IMG/VR virus record: IMGVR_UViG_3300025466_001905
Coordinates: 14,158 to 78,157 of that record
DNA length: 64,000 bases
Direction: 5' to 3' (one strand)
From: a virus
Shown: positions 7,833 through 15,911 of the stretch, piece by piece
Layout: each line of letters starts with the position of its first letter
How positions within the stretch are numbered: position 1 is the first letter of the stretch
Translations under genes and position numbers: made by a program
The notes under the pieces: model-generated
Databases searched by the model: none
What the model saw: the letters and a program-made list of their open reading frames with translations, nothing else
What the model was told of the DNA's origin: nothing

Positions 7833-8179
7833 TTATTTTAAACACATCAAATCGTCCCGCACCGCCGGTGAATACTGCATCCAATTTAAATATTGCGTAT
7901 ATCACAGACTTTGCACCTGGCTCTCCACCTGCCAACAATATCTTCCTGGCCTATCAAATAGCACAAGGGTCACATCCAGGTTCTGCTATTTTAATAAATA
8001 CACCTTTCTATACTGCACCAGATACACCGCAGTATGCAGCCATGCCGTCAATCACAAGTGTGCTCAAACCGCCGGTTGCACCAGTGTATGATGCCAACTA
8101 TGCCATGCTGGTAGGAACCAATCCACTGGGTGCCATATTGGGGTACAATGCTCCTCTTCTCAATCCTATACATTCATGA
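7829..8179 (+). CDS. Pro/Ala/Asn-rich low-charge hypothetical protein
   Basis: ATGA overlaps at both ends; GGAG SD. Confidence 0.6.
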   Translation: MIILNTSNRPAPPVNTASNLNIAYITDFAPGSPPANNIFLAYQIAQGSHPGSAILINTPFYTAPDTPQYAAMPSITSVLKPPVAPVYDANYAMLVGTNPLGAILGYNAPLLNPIHS

Positions 8180-8376
8180 ACATAGACGATTTAATTCATA
8201 TCTTTCGCCCTCAGATCCAACAAGGCACTAAAAAATTACACTACATGTTGATAGAAGACCTACATGTAAAAATACAACATCATCCTGTGGATAGATTGGA
8301 AGAGTTGATTCCAGTATTAAAAAATTTCCAATTCGAAGGCTACAAGCCCGGGCATATAGCGAGGTTTGTGAAATGA
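8176..8376 (+). CDS. Hypothetical protein
   Basis: ATGA overlaps at both ends. Confidence 0.6.
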   Translation: MNIDDLIHIFRPQIQQGTKKLHYMLIEDLHVKIQHHPVDRLEELIPVLKNFQFEGYKPGHIARFVK

Positions 8377-8546
8377 AAGAATATCTAATCGAATTTGATG
8401 TGTCTTTGTGGGACTATGTGTTATACTACCGGAGTGAGAAGTATACATTAAAAACTCTTGATCGCAGGCGAGCACATGAATTGGCAGAATTAAAAATGTC
8501 ATGTGTAGACAGACAGGAAACAAATCATAATGAAACAGTTTTTTGA
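8373..8546 (+). CDS. 57-aa hypothetical protein (not in ORF track)
   Basis: MKEYLIEFDVSLWDYVLYYRSEKYTLKTLDRRRAHELAELKMSCVDRQETNHNETVF*; GAGG SD, ATGA overlap. Confidence 0.55.
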   Translation: MKEYLIEFDVSLWDYVLYYRSEKYTLKTLDRRRAHELAELKMSCVDRQETNHNETVF

Positions 8547-8703
8547 TTGGTGTAAACAATACTATGTAGAGATCACATGGTTTCTCATAGGCTGGTTGGT
8601 GCTGTCTGCCATGATCAATATTGGCAATGAAAATTATCTTGTGGCATTCACCAACATAGTGCTGGCAGGTGCCAACTACTTACTTTATAGGAACAAATTA
8701 TGA
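8530..8703 (+). CDS. 57-aa two-TM membrane protein (not in ORF track)
   Basis: MKQFFDWCKQYYVEITWFLIGWLVLSAMINIGNENYLVAFTNIVLAGANYLLYRNKL*; ATGA coupling to 8700. Confidence 0.65.
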   Translation: MKQFFDWCKQYYVEITWFLIGWLVLSAMINIGNENYLVAFTNIVLAGANYLLYRNKL

Positions 8704-9227
8704 TCACACTCAAACAATGGATGGAACTGGTTGACTACAGAATCACCGAAGGCACTGACTATCTTCTAGCAGGTCAAAGTCTTTTTTCACTGAATTCCTG
8801 GAACAGCCGTTACAGCGATGGTGGCTACAGCATGGAGATTGTGTTTGATCAAAAGACACAAGATGTGTACTTGGTAGAAGTGTGTGATTATCAACGCAAT
8901 CGTGCCTACAGATTGATCAATCCTGACCACGCAGATCTTGAATATGACAAAACTGCCTGGGACGATGTAGCATGGACGGATCTTGATGTTGAAGCAGACT
9001 GGTTGGAAAAAGCCACTGCTATCATTGCTGGTCTAGATTATGATACTCGTGTGCAAATGACCATTGACCTACCACATGATCAACTGCACAAACTCATGCT
9101 ACAGGCACATCAAGCAGATATCACGCTGAATCAACATATTGTAAAAATTCTGCATGGGGTCATGGAAGATCGCCGTCTAGAAGAAATCGCTGAATCAATC
9201 GTACCCAGGGCAAACTTCCGTGATTAA
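8700..9227 (+). CDS. Hypothetical protein with possible C-terminal ribbon-helix-helix domain
   Basis: C-terminal MTIDLPHDQLHKLMLQAHQADITLNQHIVKIL fits an RHH pattern. Confidence 0.6.
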   Translation: MITLKQWMELVDYRITEGTDYLLAGQSLFSLNSWNSRYSDGGYSMEIVFDQKTQDVYLVEVCDYQRNRAYRLINPDHADLEYDKTAWDDVAWTDLDVEADWLEKATAIIAGLDYDTRVQMTIDLPHDQLHKLMLQAHQADITLNQHIVKILHGVMEDRRLEEIAESIVPRANFRD

Positions 9228-9609
9228 AGGTATTTTTAGCAAAAACAGCAAGTGGGTAGATGTCTCAGGATCTCACTATACAAGTTCTGTTTATATAGAT
9301 AACCACAAGGTTCAACAGGGCATTGCAGGGCAAGTCAGACACAACGGTAATGAATTTGAAATCAACGATGGCAACGGTTGGAAAGTTCTCTACGACAACA
9401 TGGTAGAAGTGGGGCTATCACCGTTGGCACAAGAAGCTCTGGCCTGGGCAGAAAAAAAGATGGCCGTGGAACGCCAAGCAGAAGAATTGGCACGACACAA
9501 TGTCACAGTCAAAGACGCTTTAGATCTTTATCAACAACAGATTACAGATGCTGAACATCAACTAAAAATGGTTGTGGCATTGGTACAAGATTACGCCCAA
9601 TCAGTTTAA
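9220..9609 (+). CDS. Hypothetical protein with C-terminal coiled coil
   Basis: ORF track; overlaps upstream gene; followed by terminator. Confidence 0.7.
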   Translation: MIKGIFSKNSKWVDVSGSHYTSSVYIDNHKVQQGIAGQVRHNGNEFEINDGNGWKVLYDNMVEVGLSPLAQEALAWAEKKMAVERQAEELARHNVTVKDALDLYQQQITDAEHQLKMVVALVQDYAQSV

Positions 9610-9611
9610 CC

Positions 9612-9636
9612 AAAAAGCCCGTTTACAGGGCTTTTT
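9612..9636 (+). terminator. Intrinsic (potentially bidirectional) terminator
   Basis: AAAAAGCCC-GTTTACA-GGGCTTTTT perfect inverted repeat immediately after the stop. Confidence 0.85.
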
Positions 9637-9672
9637 CAATGACAAAAATATTTTCTAAAACGATTTAACAAG

Positions 9673-9678
9673 TAAATA
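9673..9678 (+). promoter_or_regulatory. TAAATA late-type promoter (T4-like TATAAATA variant), likely leaderless transcript
   Basis: GTAAATA-TCTAC-ATG; no SD; lies directly after a terminator. Confidence 0.55.
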
Positions 9679-9683
9679 TCTAC

Positions 9684-9902
9684 ATGGAAGACACAACACA
9701 ACCCGTAACAATCACAATTCAGGATCTCGATGTACTTAAAAACATTGTGGATCTTGCATCAGCTCGCGGCGCGTTTCGCGGAGCAGAACTAGCCGAAGTT
9801 GGTGCAGTTTATAATAAGCTGACTCAATTTCTTGAAGCAGTAGTAGCACAGGCCAAAGCACAAGCTGATGCAACAGAGCAACCAACCAATCCAGGAGAAT
9901 AA
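9684..9902 (+). CDS. Hypothetical helical phage protein
   Basis: ITIQDL...IVDLASARGAFRGAEL...VG.VYNKL. Confidence 0.75.
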   Translation: MEDTTQPVTITIQDLDVLKNIVDLASARGAFRGAELAEVGAVYNKLTQFLEAVVAQAKAQADATEQPTNPGE

Positions 9903-9903
9903 C

Positions 9904-10662
9904 ATGGCATTTATAAAACACGTGGGTAAAATAGGAGATCGCAAAGTTTGCGTGCTGTTTAGACAGGTACCCGGCGAGGATCACATGTGCTTGATCATTC
10001 ATCCTGAAACACTGCCTGCACACTGGCAAGATGCGGTACAAAAAGTCATCGAAAGTGATATTGGTCAGCAGGCCGAAGAACTAGCAGATGCCTTGCATCG
10101 TAGTCTGTTGCCAGATGGTCGTCCTATCTTGGAAACATTCCACAACGAGCGCATGATCAAAAAAGTGCGTACCGCAGATGTGATCATGACTCCCAATACC
10201 AATTCCAGCATTAGACTGGATGAACTCAACAAAATGTTGAATGAAATGAAACAGGGTACAGATGCCATCAAACGCATGGCGCAGAATGATGCCAGCCGCG
10301 GACTTGTTGAGCCCGGAGTCAAACGTGCCGCTGAAGCTGAATACAAGCGAGGTCGTGCCGAAAAAGCAGATCCCAACTATGTTGCGCCACCCATGCTCAA
10401 AGCAGGCCAAGATGGGGCACTCACAGATCGCGACATTGCAGCCAACATGTTGGCACAGGCCAAGGCCATGGAACTCAACGCCAAACAAATGGTTGCCGAA
10501 GCAGCTCGCATGAAGAAAGATGCTGAGCGCATGGATCCCACTGTGAATGCAAAAAATGCCAAAACAGCCAAAATAGAAACTGCACCAGTGGTAGCAGAAA
10601 CTGCACCAGCACCCAAAGCTCGACGTTCTAAGGCCAAAGTTGCAGATGCCACAGTTCAGTGA
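9904..10662 (+). CDS. Hypothetical phage protein (FIKHVGK N-terminus, Ala/Lys-rich tail)
   Basis: AGGAG SD before ATG 9904. Confidence 0.8.
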   Translation: MAFIKHVGKIGDRKVCVLFRQVPGEDHMCLIIHPETLPAHWQDAVQKVIESDIGQQAEELADALHRSLLPDGRPILETFHNERMIKKVRTADVIMTPNTNSSIRLDELNKMLNEMKQGTDAIKRMAQNDASRGLVEPGVKRAAEAEYKRGRAEKADPNYVAPPMLKAGQDGALTDRDIAANMLAQAKAMELNAKQMVAEAARMKKDAERMDPTVNAKNAKTAKIETAPVVAETAPAPKARRSKAKVADATVQ

Positions 10663-10957
10663 TGAATTTTTAGACCAATGGGAACAGATCATTGCAGGCG
10701 TAAGCAAAACTGAAGTTCCCCTGGAATGCATCAAGAAAGTTATTCTTAGGTTCCCTGGTCGACAACAACAAACTATCAATCTACATACTTTGAGAAAACA
10801 AGGTCTTGATTACGAAGATATTGAAGCTTTGTTAACCAGAACTTTTACTGAGCTCGACGATAAAATACGAGATGTAGATTTTGTCGTAGATATCACTGCA
10901 GTAGCAGAGATGGTTCAACCCGAAACAGATAAATTATTAGGAAAACTTAAAAATTGA
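10646..10957 (+). CDS. Hypothetical protein
   Basis: ORF fills the gap between 9904 and thyX, overlapping both. Confidence 0.7.
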   Translation: MPQFSDEFLDQWEQIIAGVSKTEVPLECIKKVILRFPGRQQQTINLHTLRKQGLDYEDIEALLTRTFTELDDKIRDVDFVVDITAVAEMVQPETDKLLGKLKN

Positions 10958-11619
10958 ATGTACAACTTATATCATATTCGCAGCCCACTGGAGAATTTGC
11001 TGAATTGGGCATCCAAGATGCCCAGCATCTTGTGGCATTTTGTGCCCGGGTCTCAAATCCCTCCAATCAACTAACTACCGAAACCAGTGAAAAACTCATC
11101 AAGCACCTCATCCGCAACTCGCACTGGAGCCCATTGGAAATGGTTTCAGCATGCTTGGAAATTACGACAACACGAGATATTGCACGGCAAATCCTACGCC
11201 ACAGATCGTTCAGTTTCCAGGAGTTTAGCCAACGCTACGCTGATCCAACAGAGGATCTTGGCTTTGTTACCAGATCTGCCAGATTGCAAGACACAAAAAA
11301 TAGACAAAACAGTATAGAGGTTGATGATCCCGAACTAGAATCTTGGTGGCAAGACCAACAAAAAATGTTGATTGAACAAGTACAAACCATTTATGATGCG
11401 GCCTTGGATAGAGGCATTGCTAAAGAACAGGCTCGGGCTGTGTTGCCTGAAGGGTTGATTGAAAGTAGACTGTACATGAATGGCACTTTGCGATCATGGA
11501 TTCATTTTATAGAGTTACGCAGTGCCAATGGAACTCAGCTAGAGCATCAAGCAGTGGCACTGGCCTGTGCTCGGGTGATAGCAAAAATATTTCCCATGGC
11601 CACTGACTTGGTTGCTTGA
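10954..11619 (+). CDS. thyX: FAD-dependent thymidylate synthase
   Basis: RHRSFSFQEFSQRY ThyX signature, HWSPLE, EQARAVLP; TTG start. Confidence 0.95.
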   Translation: MNVQLISYSQPTGEFAELGIQDAQHLVAFCARVSNPSNQLTTETSEKLIKHLIRNSHWSPLEMVSACLEITTTRDIARQILRHRSFSFQEFSQRYADPTEDLGFVTRSARLQDTKNRQNSIEVDDPELESWWQDQQKMLIEQVQTIYDAALDRGIAKEQARAVLPEGLIESRLYMNGTLRSWIHFIELRSANGTQLEHQAVALACARVIAKIFPMATDLVA

Positions 11620-11643
11620 TTTTGTCAACTGTACTAATAGCAT

Positions 11644-11988
11644 ATGGCAACAACTTTTCAACATCACAAGGATAACTGGTCTGAGTTATTCCAGGCACCG
11701 TATACAAAAATTATCAACGGTAAAGCTGTAAAATTTTCTGATGTTGTAGTGCATTCTTTTCCAATGGGAGACGTAGAAGACCCAGACTTATATGCTGGGC
11801 AACCTTTGTTTGAATGGCAAGAGTCTGAATCGGGTAAATGGGTCATGGCACATGCTGCAGATAAACCTTATTGGGTCCGACGAGCAGACTCATATAACTA
11901 TGGATTTAGATTTTACATATTTGCAAGATTAAGCAAAGCTGATCAAGTATATTGGCAATTAAAATGGGGAAATAAAAATGACAGTTGA
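11644..11988 (+). CDS. Hypothetical protein (GDVEDPDLY motif; ends YWQLKW, like the 2.2-3.9 kb family)
   Basis: ORF track and C-terminal motif. Confidence 0.7.
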   Translation: MATTFQHHKDNWSELFQAPYTKIINGKAVKFSDVVVHSFPMGDVEDPDLYAGQPLFEWQESESGKWVMAHAADKPYWVRRADSYNYGFRFYIFARLSKADQVYWQLKWGNKNDS

Positions 11989-12328
11989 ACAGATATATTA
12001 TGCAACACTTTTCAGTGCAGTATCAATTAGTGCGCTATATACTTTTATTTCCTGGAGTCATATCCAAAAATGTTATGCCATGTTGTTTAAAAAAGACTAT
12101 TGGACTGACTATAACACAATTGAATTTGTATCGTGGACGGCCAAAGCAATTATTATTATTCCAGGGTTAATATTTGGAATCAATATTTGGCAATTTTATT
12201 ATGTAACTTTAATCACATCGGCAACACTGATCTGGGCCAGTCGTAAAAAGTCCTTACCTACCTTGGTAGCATTTAATACCATGTGGTTTTGGTTGAGTGC
12301 CATGGTACTGGCACAACATTTAATTTAA
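11978..12328 (+). CDS. Small multi-pass membrane protein
   Basis: About 4 hydrophobic segments. Confidence 0.7.
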   Translation: MTVEQIYYATLFSAVSISALYTFISWSHIQKCYAMLFKKDYWTDYNTIEFVSWTAKAIIIIPGLIFGINIWQFYYVTLITSATLIWASRKKSLPTLVAFNTMWFWLSAMVLAQHLI

Positions 12329-12336
12329 GGAAACAG

Positions 12337-13302
12337 ATGAATATTTTAGTAACAGGCGGTTGTGGTTTGATTGGACACAACGTAGTACATCTATTAGAGC
12401 AACTAGGACACGAAGTCTCTGTCATAGACAATCGAACCACATATGGATTGGTACCCGAGACTGAGATAAATTATCTCATGCATGAACGGTTAAAAAAGAT
12501 CAAATCTCGATTGATCTACAGAGAAAATATCGAAACTGCGGTAACTACAGATTATATTATAGACAAACACAAGCCTGATATTGTGGTACATATGGCCAGC
12601 TTTCCTAGACAAAAAGTTGTAAATGTAAATCCTGCCTGGGGCAGCAGAGTCATGATGGAAGGCCTCATCAATGTGCTTGAAAGTTCTCGCAAACACGGTG
12701 TTAAAAAAGTCGTGTACATTTCTAGTTCAATGGTGTATGGTGACTTTTCTGATGATGTCTCAGAAGACGCAGTATGTAATCCAATTGGGCAGTACGGAAT
12801 CATGAAACTTGCAGGAGAGCAACTTGTTAAAGATTACACTCGTCGTGGTTGTTTTGACCATGTTATTATACGCCCTAGTGCCGTGTATGGACCCCTTGAT
12901 GTGGAAGACAGAGTGGTTGCCAAATTTATGCTCAGAGCTATGCGCGGAGAAACTCTTTGTGTAAACGGAGCCACAGAGACTTTGGATTTTACCTATGTTG
13001 ACGATGCGGCAGCTGGTATTGTTGCTGCGGCCTTGAGTGCAAATACCACAAACAAAACGTACAACATAACCAAAAGTCATAGTGTGAGCCTGGGTCAAGC
13101 TGCAAAAATGATAATAGATATTGTGGGATCGGGTAATATTGAAATCAGAGACAAAGATCCCGACTTCCCCAGTCGTGGAGCATTGAATATTGATGCGGCT
13201 CGTAGAGATTTTGGATTTGATCCTTTAGTAGATGTTCGTGAAGGATTTGAAAATTACTACTCATGGTTAAAAAATTCTGTGTACTGGAACATACAACAAT
13301 GA
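12337..13302 (+). CDS. NAD-dependent nucleotide-sugar epimerase/dehydratase
   Basis: TGGCGLIG, SSSMVYG, YGIMK, RPSAVYGP, DFTYVDD; AAGGA SD before ATG 12337. Confidence 0.9.
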   Translation: MNILVTGGCGLIGHNVVHLLEQLGHEVSVIDNRTTYGLVPETEINYLMHERLKKIKSRLIYRENIETAVTTDYIIDKHKPDIVVHMASFPRQKVVNVNPAWGSRVMMEGLINVLESSRKHGVKKVVYISSSMVYGDFSDDVSEDAVCNPIGQYGIMKLAGEQLVKDYTRRGCFDHVIIRPSAVYGPLDVEDRVVAKFMLRAMRGETLCVNGATETLDFTYVDDAAAGIVAAALSANTTNKTYNITKSHSVSLGQAAKMIIDIVGSGNIEIRDKDPDFPSRGALNIDAARRDFGFDPLVDVREGFENYYSWLKNSVYWNIQQ

Positions 13303-13916
13303 AAATAGTAGTGATTAGTGCTCATCCAGATGATTTAGAAATTGGATGTGTTGGCACTTTGAAAAAATTTCAAGATCAAGGAGCTACCATCATCTCTGTT
13401 GTTACAGTGCGTCCGTCTGCAGAAGTTAATTCTCAAAGATCCCGGTCCGTTGTCGAAGATGAATTACATGCCAGTTACACTATGACTGGCTTTGATCTTA
13501 GAATTTTTGATACTGACTTGCACGACAACGGACGTCCCAATTTACAAGTAGATAATGTCACAATGACCAAACTTTCATACTTGATTGACAGCTGTGATTT
13601 AGCAATTATTCCCAACAGTGAAGATTATCATCAAGATCACAGAGCTACAAATCATTTGGCATGGCCATTGTTACAGAAAAAAGCCAAAGAAGTGTGGACT
13701 ATGAATTCATGGCCCTATTGCTATCAATACAGATCTAACCCCAACATTTATCATGGCATCGACTGGCATGCAAAACAACAAGTATTGTCATGCTATAAAA
13801 GTTATATCAGTCAAGATAATCTTGATCAAATTCAAGCAATCAATTGTGTGAACGGCAACAAGGCTGGAGTACCCCATGCTGAGTCATTCAATCTATTGTA
13901 CAAGTATGTTAGATAA
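13299..13916 (+). CDS. PIG-L/LmbE family N-deacetylase
   Basis: AHPDD and HQDH metal-binding motifs. Confidence 0.88.
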   Translation: MKIVVISAHPDDLEIGCVGTLKKFQDQGATIISVVTVRPSAEVNSQRSRSVVEDELHASYTMTGFDLRIFDTDLHDNGRPNLQVDNVTMTKLSYLIDSCDLAIIPNSEDYHQDHRATNHLAWPLLQKKAKEVWTMNSWPYCYQYRSNPNIYHGIDWHAKQQVLSCYKSYISQDNLDQIQAINCVNGNKAGVPHAESFNLLYKYVR

Positions 13917-14952
13917 CATCAGTTTATTTCAAAACAATAGAAACTGGGATCAAATTCGTAACGAAGTCATTGACCTGGTTGATACCTATCATGCACTGGG
14001 TATTGCTCAAAATGGCAGCCCAATGTTGGAACTTGAATCTGTACTGGCCGGTAGATTTAATCGAAAACACTGTGTGACCACTGCATCATGCACAGATGCA
14101 CTGGTTATTGCTTTGAATGCTTTGAACTTGCCAAAAAATTCCTGTGTTGCAGTTAGCAATTACACTTTTACCGCCACTGCGCATGCCATTGCACGAGCAG
14201 GTTATCAAGTTATCCCAGTGGATGTTGACAACAACTACTGTATCAATTGTGAGTTGATTCCAGATGTATCAGCAGTGGTAGTGGTAGATTTGTTTGGTAA
14301 TATGAGTCAGTGGAGCACTCTTGAAAAATTCAAAGTTCCAATTATCAACGATGCAGCCCAAAGTATAGAAAGTCACAATGGGGTCAAATGGTCTGCGGAA
14401 TATGGTCTGATCAGTTGTTTGAGTTTTAGTCCATCAAAAACCATAAGTTCATGGGGTAGCGGTGGTGCATTGGTCACAGACAATGATGACATAGCCAATA
14501 TTGCACGGAAACTAAGATTGCACGGCAAAATCAAAAATTCAGATATTGCAGTTGATGCTGGGCTCAACAGCATGATGTCCAGTTTTGAAATCGCGTCAGT
14601 TCTAGTGGGTTTGCGATATTCCAGTAACTGGCAACAACGTAGGAAATCCATAGCTGATTACCTTATAAGCAATAGTACCCATGTTTCTGGCATGGACACC
14701 CAGCTTGAACAGCACACCTATCACAAATTGGTATTTCAGTCTTGGGATCGTAATAGCATAATTAAAAAAGCAAGAGACAATCAAATTGAGCTGGCAATAC
14801 ATTACAATATCACAGTCAACGACGAAACACTGTATCAAACTGCTGGCAGTTATCCTGCAAGCAATGATTTGAAGCAAATAAGTTTTACTGTGCCTAATCA
14901 ACACACATTGACTGATGTAGAAGTAGAAAGAATAGCAAAGGTTTTAAAATGA
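13906..14952 (+). CDS. DegT/DnrJ/EryC1/StrS PLP-dependent sugar aminotransferase
   Basis: SCTDAL, YTFTATA, DAAQS, SFSPSK (Schiff-base Lys), GSGG, RLHG. Confidence 0.9.
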   Translation: MLDNISLFQNNRNWDQIRNEVIDLVDTYHALGIAQNGSPMLELESVLAGRFNRKHCVTTASCTDALVIALNALNLPKNSCVAVSNYTFTATAHAIARAGYQVIPVDVDNNYCINCELIPDVSAVVVVDLFGNMSQWSTLEKFKVPIINDAAQSIESHNGVKWSAEYGLISCLSFSPSKTISSWGSGGALVTDNDDIANIARKLRLHGKIKNSDIAVDAGLNSMMSSFEIASVLVGLRYSSNWQQRRKSIADYLISNSTHVSGMDTQLEQHTYHKLVFQSWDRNSIIKKARDNQIELAIHYNITVNDETLYQTAGSYPASNDLKQISFTVPNQHTLTDVEVERIAKVLK

Positions 14953-15911
14953 ATATTTTGATACTTGGTGGGCACGGATTTATTGGTCATCATACAACCA
15001 AACTTTTGACCAATCTAGGGCATAGTGTCAGTGTGGTGGACTTGCATCATCGCTACGGGGACTTTGAACTTTGGGAGTATAATCCTGTGCTTGCGCAACG
15101 AATCGAGTACATGGGTGATCACAAATTTTATCCTGGCAATGTGTCCAATAGAGAATTCATGGAATCTGTGTTTGATTCTGAATCTTTTGACGTGGTAATT
15201 GATTTGGCCACATATCCCAATGCCAAAATGGTCAAACGTAACATAGTTGATGCTACGGAAAATATGATTACAGCCACTGCCATTGCACTGGAACTATGTG
15301 TCAAGTACAATGTCAGGCGGTTTGTATTGGCCAGTAGTTCTATGGTTTATGGAGAATTTGGAGCTGACCCGCCGGATGAAAAGTCACAATGTAATCCTTT
15401 GACGTTGTATGGCAGTTATAAATTACAATGCGAACAAATGTGTAAGATATGGCACAAAGAACACGGCATTGAATACAGTATATTGAGACCAAGTGCACTG
15501 TATGGCATCAGAGACATGGTAGTACGTGTGATTAGCAAGATGACTGTGAATGCTATTAAACTTGGAATCATGGAGGTCAATGGTCCCAACAACAAACTAG
15601 ATTTTTCCTGGGTAGATGATGTGGCCAGTGCTTTTGCTACTGCAGCCACTGATCCAGCCTGTGCCAATCAGATTTTTAATTGTACCCGGGGAAATGGAAG
15701 AAAAATTATTGAAGCTGCTGAACTGATACAGGCCAGAATACCCAGTAAAATTTTACTAAAACCGCATGATGAATTTTATCCCAATAGAGATACTTTGAAC
15801 AGCAGTCGTCTAAGAGAAATCACATCCTGGAATCCTACCATGAATATTGACACTGGCATCAATTTGTATTTAGATTGGTTTTTAAAACAAGACTATATTA
15901 CCAAATTTTAG
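14949..15911 (+). CDS. NAD-dependent epimerase/dehydratase (paralog of 12337)
   Basis: GGHGFIG, SSSMVYG, YGSYK, RPSALYG, DFSWVDD. Confidence 0.88.
   Translation: MNILILGGHGFIGHHTTKLLTNLGHSVSVVDLHHRYGDFELWEYNPVLAQRIEYMGDHKFYPGNVSNREFMESVFDSESFDVVIDLATYPNAKMVKRNIVDATENMITATAIALELCVKYNVRRFVLASSSMVYGEFGADPPDEKSQCNPLTLYGSYKLQCEQMCKIWHKEHGIEYSILRPSALYGIRDMVVRVISKMTVNAIKLGIMEVNGPNNKLDFSWVDDVASAFATAATDPACANQIFNCTRGNGRKIIEAAELIQARIPSKILLKPHDEFYPNRDTLNSSRLREITSWNPTMNIDTGINLYLDWFLKQDYITKF

Noticed and set aside
10954-11619. Intron or intein in thyX, or ThyX as a base-modifying enzyme
   Set aside because: Normal length, uninterrupted, canonical motif
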